NCBI GenBank assembly: GCA_964019335.1
Contig: OZ025687.1
Location: forward strand, 434,001 to 498,000
Direction of reading: 5' to 3'
DNA from: Diplonema japonicum
Lineage: Eukaryota > Protista > Euglenozoa: Diplonemea
DNA length: 64,000 nucleotides
Part shown: positions 46,101-58,477 of the stretch, in pieces
How positions within the stretch are numbered: position 1 is the stretch's first letter
Layout of the letters: every line of letters begins with the position of its first letter
Made by a program: the position numbers and the translations under genes
Notes under the pieces: model-generated
Seen by the model: only the letters and a program-made list of their open reading frames with translations
Database searches by the model: none
What the model was told of the DNA's origin: nothing

Positions 46101-47714
46101 AACATCAAACGAACAGCAATATGCAGTCATCTATGGCAGAATCGCTGCGCGGTGATGCTCGCATCCAGCGTCTCCGCACTGCTGCACAACGTCAAAAGCT
46201 ACAATGTGTTGTTCTACGGGCTTCACCAGACAAATAGAACATCGTTCAACGATGCAATGGAAAAACTGGCCAACCCATCCTCAGAGCTCGAGATTGTTGT
46301 CATGGCTGACAAGGCGTTGGCTGCGCACCTTCCACGGAGCATACAAGAAGCTGTAACAGATGGTCGAATTCATTTGTTGCAAACGCCTATAATCGGTTCG
46401 CAACTGAACAGCTTGCTTCGCAACATAGAGCACAAAATCGCAAAACGAATCGCGTTGAGCGAGGAGTTGTCGTCTATCCGAAAAGCCCTCACCGAACGGT
46501 CGCTTCCGTGGGTACGAGGCAGGCTTCTGGGTACCGGAACTCATGGAAAGGTGTACCAAGCTAACAAGACAAAATCCGGAGGGGTCATGGCTGTTAAAAT
46601 CATAACGATCGCGAACGATTTACAAGTGAAGACCATCTTGAAGGAGATCACCGTCATGTCGCGGCTCCAACACCCGAACATCATCCACTACTTCTACTGC
46701 GAGAAAACGGGGAAGGACTTGCACCTGTTCATGGAATACGCCCCTGCAGGGTCGCTCGCAAAGAAGATCGCGCAGAGCCCCATGGAGATTAAACTAATCA
46801 CAACATTTGTCGACCAAATTCTAATGGGGCTGGCCTTCCTCCACGAGAACCACGTTATCCACCGCGACTTGAAACCCGCAAACATACTGATCGGAGAGGG
46901 GGATATTTGTAAAATAGCAGACTTCGGCTGCGCTCTGCAAATGGAAGACGCCACAACACCGGATTTCGCGACAAACGGGACCGTTTTGTACATGGCACCA
47001 GAGGTTTTAAAGGGGAAAAAACACGATTGGAGGGTTGACATTTGGTCGTTAGGCTGCATCGTCATGGAACTGTTCAGCGGTAAGCTTCCTTTCAGCCATG
47101 TAGGAGGTATGATGAAAGTAGTTGGCGTGCATTTAAGCGATGCAGACGATACTGATGTAGGGTCCCTTGAGACTGTGTATAGAGGTGTACAGGAAGCCCG
47201 CGAGCTTGCAATTTTATGTTTGCAAAGAATTGCAGTTCGAAGACCATCGGCAAGCCAGCTGCATGGGCACCCTTTGTTGTCTGCTGGTAAAGTTGTTTGG
47301 AGTGATGTGGAAGGATCTGGTTCACAACATCTTGACCCAGCAAGGCAGAAATCGTTTGATTCTAACCCTAACTCGTCGGGCATCAGAGGTTTGTTCATTA
47401 AGCCGAATTATGCTACGGGTGTACCACCACTGCCTCGTGAGATTGAGCCCAGACCAAGTGCAATTGAACTCCCTCCCCGACCCAGGCTGAATTTAGGTAC
47501 TCTTTACGATCTCGATGACGATGATGATGATGTTGCCACCCCGAAGTATAGCGACAAAGAAGGCAGTGTGGTGACAGAGGGGTCAACGGAGGACAGCAAA
47601 CTAAAAGAAGAGGAAGGGGAGGAGGAGGAGGAGGAGGAGGAAATCCCGATACGGGTCAATCCATTGGAATCGGTGAAGTATGTTGCCGAGGAAGAGGAGG
47701 AGGAGGGAAACTAA
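43190..47714 (+). CDS. Membrane hybrid kinase (TM bundle, PAS, degenerate HisKA/HATPase_c, degenerate receiver, STE11/MAPKKK-like Ser/Thr kinase); join(43190-45616,45657-47714)
   Basis: PAS ILSWNHYME..T; HATPase VKDSGEG...GG.LDVES.LGVGTEF; kinase GTGTHG, MAVK, HRDLKPAN, DFG, APE. A 40-nt intron at 45617-45656 joins the two ORFs in frame. Confidence 0.85.
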
Positions 47715-48367
47715 GAATGATTTTTTTTTCTTTTTTTTTTCTCGTTGTTATTCCCCAGTTTGTACAAAACCTTCCCCGTCAAAGAAGGAAGGAGGGCGAT
47801 TAGATCTCCTCAATTGTAAGATGTTCTCTTTTTTTGTCATTCCAACCCCTTTTGTCATTTTTTTTAAACAGCTTTAAAAAAAAAAGGGAGATTTTAACGT
47901 CAGGCAGCACCAGAAGAAAGAGAGAGGGGGGAGAGGTGGAACTGGGTACTACGATGAACCCAAAGAGAGAGAGAAAAAAAAGGGGGGGGGGCTTTTCGCT
48001 AATTGGCTGTTAATCTTTGTCATAAAAAGCCAGAGTCAAATGGAAAGGTAAAATACAATTGCTTTTTATTTTTATTACTGCCAACTATAAAACCCTTTCT
48101 TTTCCTTATTTTTTCCCCCTTCTTTTTATTTCTTGTTGTCAGTAATAACCCCTCCCACCTTGCTTCCTTTTCTTTTTGGCGTTATTTATATATGTTTTTT
48201 TTTTTTTTTTCTTCTTCCATCCCTTGCTCTTTTTCTTTGTTATGTTTCTTCCATCCCCCACCTCTTTTTGTTGTCACGAAAAAAGAAAGAAAAGAAAACG
48301 AAAAAAAAAAAAAGAAAAGAAAGTTCAGAAACGTTCAAAGGGGAGGGGTTAAGATACTGAGGGAAAG

Positions 48368-48400
<33 letters not shown>

Positions 48401-48921
48401 TCAATAACAATGCACTTGTTATTGTGGCGTTCTGGAACCACGAGCCACCTGTCCCTCTATCTACATTTTATCACCTCAATTTTTTTTTCTAAACAGAAGA
48501 AAGTAGATCTCAAAAAATCGGCCCAAGGGGAACTGAAATCTGGACGGAGAGGGGTGGGGGTGGGCATGTTTTTCTTTTTAAGGAAAACTTTTTCTTAGGT
48601 GAACTTTGGTAAAAACGCTTTTCTCGCGCACAAAAGAATATTACTTACCTCCTATTTTTTTTCGTCTTTGCAAACAAGACCCTGGTTCTTTCCCTTGCTC
48701 CTCTCCCCTCCCTCTTTCCCCTTTTAGTTGGCCACTTACCTTTCTACTTCAAAAAAAAGGAAAAAAGAAAATCTTATTTTTTTTTTTTTATATTTTTTAG
48801 TTGTGTTTTTAAGAACACATTTCTGCGTGAGGGAAGACCCTCATATCTTCCTCTCCTCGACCTGCATGTTTGTAAAATTGCAGGTGCAAGCTCCTACATA
48901 AAAAAAAGAAAATAAATTTAA

Positions 48922-50150
48922 CCATTAAACCCACATATATTATGACATAAAAAAAAAAAGAAAAAATCTATAGGCCTTTTGGTCAAATTATGACCTTTCT
49001 TTCACTTTTCTGACGCCATTGCGCGATTTTTTCCACTTTGTTTGGCTAAATGCTGCCCTTTTTCAGCATTATTTTAAGAATTTGAGAGGTCGAAAATCCG
49101 GGGAAAAATGATTTGAGAATGAAGAATACTCGACTGGAGCAGAGGGCTGGTCGTGAGTGATGAAGAATGCTAAGAAATGTCAGAAAATGGTAGTTCTGAG
49201 TCTAGCAGTACTTGGGGGGAGGAAAGTGTGGAAGAATTGGAGGAAATGGGGTGGAAAGAGGCACTGTATTCACAAACAAACCGCCACTCGGCAAAGATGG
49301 GTCGGCAATGCAAAGAAAAGTCCAGGGTCGCCTTTCCCATTTCAAAGGTCGTTGAAACCTACACCTCCCTTATGGGGGGTGTAGATGGGAACGACGCTGC
49401 CACCCAACGCAACACAAAGTAGTCCAAAGCCGCCGGTGGCAGATGAAAATATTAAGGTTCCTGCTTGACAAAAGCCTCTTCAGCTGCTGGGTACTTGCGA
49501 AGAGCGTCAATTCCCCCATCAAGTTCAATGAACTGGAAGAATGCATCGCACACGGCCTCTGTAAATGCATGGGCAAAGAACCTGTACCATCGAGACCACA
49601 AGACTCGAAGGATGTAAGGTTTGACCGCATCAAAGAGCATTTTCCTGCAAAAATTAGCATAATAGGTCCGTAGTCCATCATTGCATGGGTCCCAGAAGGT
49701 CCTCTGGCTGAATGTTCCACCTGTGGCAAGTGCCTCTATTCCACACCTTGCTTTTGGCTTTACCACCTGAACGAAGACATCACCGAGGATGATCTTCAGG
49801 AGCCCGAAACCAGAAACTCACTGATGGACCCCCGGACCCCCTCCACTGGCCAGAGAGGTGTGAAACGCAAGCTAAATCTGGGCTAGAATAGTGTTACAAG
49901 GGGTTTTTAGTGCATTTTATTATTATTTATTTTGCACTTTTTTCTACTCCTCTTCCCCCCCTTACCAAAAAAGGGTGTTGGGTCAAAAATCATAAGTTCG
50001 AAAGCCAGTTCAGGGGGACCCTGATACGTGAATGTCTCCAGAGGTCATTTCTCCATAAAAAGAACACTTTGTATGGTTAAATGCTGCCATTTTTTGGAAT
50101 CGCCTCAAAAAATGGGCTTTTTTCGGTTTTTTTGCCTGTGGGCTTAATGG
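48922..50150 (+). mobile_element. Internally deleted piggyBac transposon with transposase remnant
   Basis: TTAA TSDs at 48918-21 and 50151-54; TIRs ccattaaacccaca/tgtgggcttaatgg (13/14). Remnant motifs YTSLMGGVD, RWQMKILRFLLD and C-terminal CSTC...PCF..YH, with in-frame stops. Confidence 0.9.
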
Positions 50151-50306
50151 TTAAAAAAGAAAAAAAAAAAAAAAAAAAAAAAAAGAAGAATAGGCAGGGT
50201 TGTTCTTTATGTATGCACATAAGCGGTTACGAAGCTTATTACCCAATAAGGAGATAATTTGCGCTGCATAACGTTGCCAAATTTTCTTTTTTCTTTTTTT
50301 TTCTCT

Positions 50307-50341
<35 letters not shown>

Positions 50342-51022
50342 ATAATTACAAATAACAAGTGGTTTCTGTTTCTATAAAAAAAAAAAGCTACAAATAAATA
50401 TCTCCATTGTCCCGTTTTCACCAGGAAGAAAAAAAGAAGAAGAAGGCGGGTACGAGTCTCCCTTAGAAAGCCTATTGGGAACGACGAACTGGGAGAGAGA
50501 TATTTTTTCTTTTTTTTTTCTTTTTTCTTCTTTTTTTTTCTTTTTCTTGTGCGGGGCAAAAAAAAAAAAAGAAAAAAAAGAAGAAAGAAAAGAAAAAGGA
50601 GGCAAAACTTTCTTTTTCTAGTTTTCTTTCTATTGCTCCTTGTGGATGTGTCTCAACAAAAAAAAACAAAAACAAAAAAAACCTTTCCTCTTTTTCTCTT
50701 TTTTTTTTTTTATCCCGTTGATGGGATGGGACAACTCTAGTTCAATATCCTCCTCGGACACACAAAAATCGAGTTTTCTTTTTTTTTAAATATTTTATCG
50801 TTTTAAAAAACCCCCCCAAAAAAAATGGCGAAGGCACAAGGGGAGGAAAAACCTTTTCCCCCCCCTCATTTCTCTCTCTCCCATTGTTTCAACCCCCCCC
50901 CCCCCCCCCTTGTTCACTTTAGTTTCGTTCTTCTTTCTTCGGAAAAAAAAAAGACTTTCTTTTTGTAACATTTAAATCGTGCACCCACACGCAAGGCGGA
51001 AGGAAAAAAAAAAAAAAAAAAA

Positions 51023-51850
51023 ATGGCAACGAAAAAAATGAGGAACCCCAACAACCCCGTCGTCTTTTTCGACATGGAGCAAGGGGGCGCGAAGTTGGGT
51101 AAAATTGTGATGGAGCTTTACGCTGACGTGGTCCCCAAGACCGCCGAGAATTTCAGGGCGCTGTGCACCGGAGAGAAAGGGGACTGCAAGAAGGCTAGGG
51201 GGAAGAAGCTTCACTACAAGGGTTCCAAGTTCCACAGATGCATTAAGGGTTTCATGATCCAAGGGGGCGACTTCACCAACGGAAACGGCACCGGAGGGGA
51301 GTCGATCTACGGCACAACCTTCAAAGACGAGAACTTCAAGCTGAAGCACAACGAACTCGGCCAGCTCTCCATGGCGAACGCGGGGCCGAACACTAACGGC
51401 TCCCAGTTCTTCCTGACCACTTCTACCCCTGCCTACCTGAACGGTAAGCACACCGTCTTCGGGAAGATCATCGAAGGATACCAAATTGCTACTAAAATCG
51501 AAGCCACAAAGACGAATAGACAGGACGCACCCCTCAAGCCTGTTATCATCGCAAACTGCGGAGAAATCAAGAAGAAGGAGAAGGAAGCCCCTGCGGCAGC
51601 GGCAGCAGCCAAAGCGCCAGCCAAGAAGAACAAGAAGCGTAGCATCGGCGATGTCGAGGAGCAGCCCGCCGCGAAGGTCGAGTCCGCACCCGCAGCGAAA
51701 TTCCGCAAAACCAACTCCGGTGAAAGGAAGGTCGACAAGGACGCCGTCCTCGACCAGCTCCTGGTTGTGGAACCCCCCAAAGCCCTCATGGAAATGCTGT
51801 CCCAGCGCAAGAACGCCCTTGGCAAAAAGCTGAAGAAAGCAGGGAAGTAA
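51023..51850 (+). CDS. Cyclophilin-type peptidyl-prolyl isomerase with basic C-terminal extension
   Basis: [46 protein letters not shown]. Confidence 0.97.
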   Translation: MATKKMRNPNNPVVFFDMEQGGAKLGKIVMELYADVVPKTAENFRALCTGEKGDCKKARGKKLHYKGSKFHRCIKGFMIQGGDFTNGNGTGGESIYGTTFKDENFKLKHNELGQLSMANAGPNTNGSQFFLTTSTPAYLNGKHTVFGKIIEGYQIATKIEATKTNRQDAPLKPVIIANCGEIKKKEKEAPAAAAAAKAPAKKNKKRSIGDVEEQPAAKVESAPAAKFRKTNSGERKVDKDAVLDQLLVVEPPKALMEMLSQRKNALGKKLKKAGK

Positions 51851-52050
51851 GCTTTTTTTTTTTTTTTTTCCCATTCCCCCTTTTCTTTCCTGTCCCTCTC
51901 TTTCTTCCTTCCGACACACCATCAACCTATCACCCCCCCCACACACACACATGGTCATCATAAATATTATTGCATTTCTTCTTTCTCCCCGTTATCTCCC
52001 CAATCAAATCGCAAAAGAAAAAAGAGAACATTTGAAGAAAAAAAAAGAAG

Positions 52051-54087
52051 ATGGGAGGCAAGGGAGCATATTACAAGGCAAAGTACGGAGGAGGTGGTAA
52101 GGGGGGGAAGGGGAACAAAGGTGGTGACCGGGAACAGGAGGATGGGGGCGACGCCGCTGACTTCCATGAGATGGACGCGCCGTGGTCGGCAGCGAACACG
52201 AAGAACTCGACTAGGGAGAGCCTGGGGAGGAGACTGTGTGATCTGGAAGGGAAGTCCTACCCCGCGTACCGTTCGATTGAGGGGACTGCCTACAAGTTCC
52301 ACGACGGGCCGGGGTACAACATCATCATGGACAGGGCTCAGTCGGACCCTTACGCACCTATAAAGTCGAAAATGAGAATCTTCATGTCCACACAGTTCGG
52401 GTCATACCCCGCCCCCTTTCTCAACATGAAGATACGCCGTATTGCACTTGCCGACTTCCTCGTCAGAAGGTTTTGGGAGGAAGTTCATAACATCGGACTT
52501 GATGAAGTTAAACAGTCTGCCAGCTACCACTCTGCAAAAGGAGGCGAGCTCACCATCGAGAAGCCCTCTCAACATGTCCTTGAGCGGTCCAGCGCCATCG
52601 TTTTCCCCTCTGGTGAGATCGAGCTGCGCTTCCAACTCTCCCTGCCTGCCAGGGGCCGCAGTATCCTTGGCGAACAGTGCGCGACGCTGATGTGCGACAC
52701 CCTCCCGCGTGTCATTAACAAGACCCTCCCCGCGTCGGCCAACCACCTCCCCACCGTCAAGGAGCACCTCGATTGTGTAGAGGACCAGGAATACCTTAGG
52801 CAGAACCTTAAAGCAAATGGTTTTATCGCCTTCGTTGCCAACGGTGCCATCTTGCCCAGAAGAGGCGGAGACGACGACAGGCCAATGGAGTCAAGACGGG
52901 CAGCTGGAACGCAGCCTGTGAGTTTCCTGTCACCTCCTTCGATGGAAGTAGCTGTCGATCTACCGCACAAAGGCGAGGTGCGGGGTATGGGTATCCGACC
53001 GGGCGTGACCCTTATCGTGGGTGGAGGCTTCCATGGAAAGTCGACGTTACTGCGAGCGTTGGAGGTGGGCGTGTACAACCACATCCCAGGCGACGGGAGG
53101 GAGTTCGTGGTGAGCATGGACGACTCCGTGAAGATCCGCGCTGAGGATAAGCGTGCAGTGCAGAACGTGAACATCTCATGTTTCCTGAACAACCTCCCTA
53201 TGGGGAAGGACACCGCAACCTTCACAACACAGGACGCGTCAGGGTCCACATCACAAGCGGCAAACATCATAGAAGCCCTCGAGGTAGGCACATCAACACT
53301 GCTCATCGATGAAGACACGTGCGCCACGAACTTCATGATCCGCGACAGGAGGATGCAACTGCTCGTGTCTAAGGACAAGGAGCCCATTACACCGTTCATC
53401 TTGAAGGTATGCTTTATAATACTTACCCTCTTTGTACACCAACACAATAGGTAAGGCAGTTATATGAGGAATTTGGCACGTCGACTATCTGTGTGGTTGG
53501 AGGTGCCGGGGACTATTTGGAGGTTGCCGACCAGGTCGTGATGATGGACAGCTACCTACCAAAGAATGTTACAGACACTGCAAAGCAGATTGTTATGCAG
53601 GTATTGGGGAATAGTAATAATGTTTAAGACATGCTTTTAACCCCAGCTCCCCAACGCCATGACGGACGCTGATAGGAAGATCGAATCTGGTGCTTCGTTC
53701 GGGAAGATTTCGCACAGGGCACCGGACAAGGAAGGGATAGTGTCGTGCCTCGGCCCGAAGGCAAAGGTCGTTGCAAGGACGCCATCCACACTGTCCTTCG
53801 GCAGCGAAAGTATCGACCTGAGCTTTGTAGAACAGGTTGTTGAAAAAGGGCAGGTCACGGCTATCGGAGACTACATTCAAGCCATGGTCAAGAAAGCAGA
53901 CAGCAAGACAACTCTATCCGATATCATCTCTCACTTCGAGCAGCTCATCGACTCCGACAATGGTTGCGGTCTCGACCACATCCGCCCCTCATGGATGTCC
54001 CCTGGGGGCTCCTACACCCGCCCCCGTCGCTTCGAGATCGCCGCCGCTCTCAATAGGCTTCGCACCGTGAAGTTCTCTCAAATTTAA
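52051..54087 (+). CDS. ABC_ATPase-family P-loop ATPase (trypanosome MRB1590-like); join(52051-53406,53451-53600,53647-54087)
   Basis: QSDPYAP, LPARGRSI, FVANGAILPR, Walker A GGGFHGKS, ASGSTSQAA, LLIDEDTCATNFM and PRRFEIAAALNRLR; two GT-AG introns. Confidence 0.88.
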
Positions 54088-54298
54088 GATTTCTTTTTCT
54101 TTCTTTTTTTTTTTAAAAAAGAAGAGTGTGCGTCTCGAAAGCAGTGTTTGTCGGTGTCGACATGTTTTCCCCTCTCTTTTTGAAGCGCCTGTCAGAGCGT
54201 GCCGTGTTGACAATGCCATCTTAGGGGAACGGGGTGTGGAGGGACACCGACGGCAGAAAAAAAAAAAAAAGAAAGAAGAAATATTAAATAATAATAAT

Positions 54299-57200
54299 AT
54301 GAGTAGCTTGCGCAGTTTTGTGATAATATGTCTAGCCTTGGCAGTTACAGCCACACCCAGACTGTGCATGGGAGAGGACTACGTGGCATCGTATGGAGCT
54401 TGCACCAAGGGTAAGCGGACGAGGACGTGGGTGTTGCCTCAGAACAGATCGTGTACTGCAGGCAAGAACAGCCTGTCCATAGACGGGGGGGCAGTGGGTT
54501 GTGTATGCGAGCTTACGGACTATGCACCCGTGTACGACAGCAAGTGTGGAGAGGACGGATTACAGCAGTTCTCGTTGGGCGACCTTGCCGGCTGTTCCGA
54601 TTCAGCAAGCCTCACTAAAAGTTTCTGCCCGAGCGATAACACAGCAAACTGCGGCCAAACCCTCTGCCAATGTACTGCAGATGACATCGCCACAAGCTTC
54701 ACACCATGCGACCCTTCCTCCCATACACGCAAGGTGGTGTACTATTGGTCAAGGCGGTGTGAGCCGGGTTCCTTGGAGCTCCCCCCGCCTTCAGCTGCTC
54801 ATTCCTGTTCAGAGACGTGCAAAACAGGCCAATACCTCGCACCGCCCCACGAGATGTGCACAGCATGCCCAGGAGGCACCACATCCACAGTTGATGTCGT
54901 CTACAGCCCTCCGTGGAAGATCCTGCCGAAGAACATGTACGCGGGTACCGATTGGACTGTTGAGGACGACTATCTTGTGTCCAACCCGTCGCTCAGCTCT
55001 GCGTATCTCAGGCTGTGGCTTGACATCAAGACCCTGCCTGCCTACATGACCATCACGTACAGGATCACGGGGAAGGTGTTCGCCGTCACAGGCACTGCTT
55101 ACGTGTATCTTTTTGGTAGATACATTTACTCTGACACAGAGCAGGAAAACTGGGCGACAATTACACTGGACCTCGTAGACAGGGAGCACTGTCTGTGGGA
55201 GATCCAAGACCAAGACAAGAAGACGTATTGCTTGAAGGCAAACCACGTGCTGCCGTACACGCCTGAAATGTCTCTGGACGTGGACGGGCCGTTCACGAAG
55301 AAGGATTCGTTAGGGCTACCGCTGCTGCATGAATGGAGCGACAAGTTCTATGTGGCGAGAGTGGCGAGTTACGAGAACCCATGTGCGATGACAACCCCGT
55401 CGCTGACGGGGAAGAAACATTGGGTGGCGTTGATCAATGAGGGCCAGGAAGTGCAATGCAACTGGGAGGCCGCAGTGCTCCATGCACAGTCGCTTGGCGC
55501 GTCTGCCGTCATTTTCCACACCTCCAGCGAGCTCCTCTTCGAAACCACAAAGCACACTGACACGATAAAGACGCCTGTCGTGTACATGCGTGAGAACCTC
55601 ACAGACGCTGCTCTCGCAGCGATCGAAGACCTTTCTTTCAAAAGAAACGACTACAAGGAAGGCATCTCCGAGGTGCTCTTCATGTACGACAAGATAGCCG
55701 AAGCTGACTCCACTAGCTCGGTGCACATCCGAGAGATCAGAGTCCATGGCACGCGCACAGCACCTACCGAGTGCGTGAAGTGCCCACGTGGAACCAACTC
55801 CACAGAAGGCTCCGAGCAAGGCTGCGAAAAGTGCCCTCCCAACACTTACCAGAACACCCCGGGCAGCACCACATGCATCCCTTGTGATGGAGAGGTGGCC
55901 AACAATGGTGCCGATTGTCTTTTTATCTCGAAAAGTTGCACCGATAACGACTACGACCCCCATGTGGGAGAGTGCCTTTTGGTATGGCAGGGCTCAAACT
56001 AACAAACAAGCCAAAAAAAGATCAAATGTCAAAACGACGACACCCCAGCCTGCACGGAACCCAAGAGGAAGGTGGACTACTATCCGGTATGCACGCAGCA
56101 ATCATTACGTTCAGCAAACCCACAGTCGAACTGCAAGATTGCAGACGGGGCCCCACCTTCTAGCAAGATGGTTGACTGCGAAGCATGCCCAATGGGAAAA
56201 AAGAGAGAGGACGGATGGAAGTGCGTGTCGTGCGACACTGGCGAGTTCCTTATGGAGAGCGGGCTGTGCGAGAAGTGCTTAGGCAACACCACTGCGAAGA
56301 AGGAGCTGGTGTACCCAGAGAGCAGTAAGTGGATCCCGAGGAAGGATGGGCTACTGTGTGATGGGTCCAGCACGTGTGAGTGGTCGAAGGAATGCGAGAA
56401 GGGATCGAGCGCTACGTGCTGGCTTGCTAAGTACACGGTAAAGGACAAGTACCAGTCACCACAGGTGCTCACAAACGGGGCGGGTCTTGCGAACCAAATA
56501 GTAACGCACCGCCTTGTGTACACCACTGAGTTCTACGCAACAGGCAGTGCGAACTTCACTTATGAACTGCAGGCTTCCACCGCTGTCGACATTCAGCATG
56601 TGCAGGTGCGCTTCTCCGTCTTCAGCGTTGAGGAAGGTGTCGATGTGTTTGTGAAGGAGAACCTTGCCACTGAAATTACCGAAGGAGGCGTGTTCTTGAC
56701 AATTCCGAATCTATTCGGAGAGTACCAGTTCCATTGGGAATACCTCAAGACAGGCGAGACACACACCGACGTCCTCTTCATGCTCAGGTCCTTCGGAGCC
56801 GATTGGGTTACGAGTGGGGACGCCACTACCTGTGTGCCATGCCCTGCAGGCATGGTATGCAACGACGGTGTGCCAGCTCAATGCCCCGCGGGGACCTTCT
56901 CGGAAGGCAACATCTGCGTCCCCTGTCCTCAGGGCACATACAGCGCGTTCCCAGGAAGCGACAAGTGCTCGAGCTGCCCCAAAGGGATGGAGAGCACACC
57001 AGAGGTATTGACAATTTAAAAAGGAAATATACTGAAAATCCTTTTTTTCAGGGCACACGGTGCTGGGTTCCTGACTGCGTGTTTAAGTACCACGACACGA
57101 ACCTAGGGAGGCTGAGCTATGATCTGCACAAGTTGGGGGACCATGGTAAGTTCGATGTGGTGCAGTCAATGGGGAACAGGGTCGAAATGGCGTACGAGGT

Positions 57201-57981
57201 GAGGCTGTGTCCAGAAGGGACGCAGAGCTTCGTGACAAGGAATGCGAAGAATGGGAAAGGGTTCGAGAACCTAGGGAGGGAGGTGTCTGTGGAGAGGGTG
57301 GACGCGGGGGGGATGAGCACGCTACGCATGAAGTTCACAGAAGGTGACCACTGCCTGGGGAACGACGGAATCGTGCGGAGGAGGATGGCAGTAGTGGATC
57401 TGATCTGTGACGTGGCTGGCGAAGCAGTGGGGGCCAACATGCATGACACAATGTACGTGAAGCTCAGGTTGTCTAGCGACCCGTGCACAGCTTCCTTCTA
57501 CTCTGTTTCACCCCATTCATGCTCACTTTGCAATTCTCAAAGCTGGGCTCTCGTAAACCTCGACTGCGCCAACGGCATCAGGAATCAAACTTACATCAGG
57601 AAACCTGAGCACGATGGGTGTATCGCAAAGACCCTCCCTGCCCTCCCTCCCCCTCAGTCTTGCAAAGCCATTGACGATGAGCATGACTCTGGCACATCAA
57701 CAGGTGCCATTACCGCTGTTGTCCTTCTCACAATTGTCTCCCTAACTGCTCTTGGCAGTCTTGCCTTCGCGCTGTATAGGAGAAACGTTACACTGAAGCA
57801 GAAGTACGCCAGGGTGGCGACACGTGCCTCTGCCTCTGCTATGCACCAACAAATGGGTGATTTGGACTTAGATGAAACAGCTGAGTCCCCCCGAAGTGGT
57901 GGGCACGACTCAGGTATTGGGAAAGGGAAAAAGATAGATCAACAAATAGGTGCAGAGCAGCAAGCTGGCGTCGTACTGTGA
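54299..57981 (+). CDS. ELAPOR/KIAA1324-like type I membrane protein (GCC2/GCC3-type Cys repeats, PA domain, MRH-like domain); join(54299-55981,56021-57004,57052-57981)
   Basis: Signal peptide; CT..D.....TPCD...RKVVYYW...C..G..LP...C...C..GQYL; CxxCPxGTY repeats; F.EGD.C...R...V...CD; TM helix followed by KQKYARV. Confidence 0.75.
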
Positions 57982-58477
57982 AAATCTAAAGGCTTGGGGG
58001 GGGAAGAAAAAAAAAAGAAAAAATATGGAAAGGGAGGGGGGTGATTGTAACAGGAGTGTTCTTAGCGGAGCGATACGTTTTTTTTTCTTTTCCCCCCGGG
58101 GGGGGGGGGGGGGAAGATGATTAATCTGCAGGAAAAAAAAGAGGGGGTCGAGAATTTTAAGCCCCCCCCTAATAAAAGAAGTTGCACGTCGAAACCCTAT
58201 ATTTCTTTTTTTTTTGAAATTTACTTTATCCACTTTGCCAAAAGAAAAAAAAAGAAGCAGAAAGAAGGAAGAAAGGAAAAAAAAATGAATCCCCCCCCCC
58301 CCCCTCTGTCCCCTTTAATAGATTTAAGCAAAAAAAAAAGAAGAAAATTATAAAAAAAAGAAAAGCAGGGGGGGCATCTCATTATTTGTCCACTTTCCTT
58401 TTTCACATCTGCAAAGAAAAAAAAAAGAGGGGAGGGTATTAAAAAAGGAAGGAAGAAAAAAAAAAAAAAAAAAAAGG

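Noticed and set aside
50972-51961. 329-aa antisense ORF over the cyclophilin, and similar antisense ORFs at 17048-17965 and 52569-53447
   Set aside because: Shadow ORFs arising from codon bias of the real + strand genes; no motifs.
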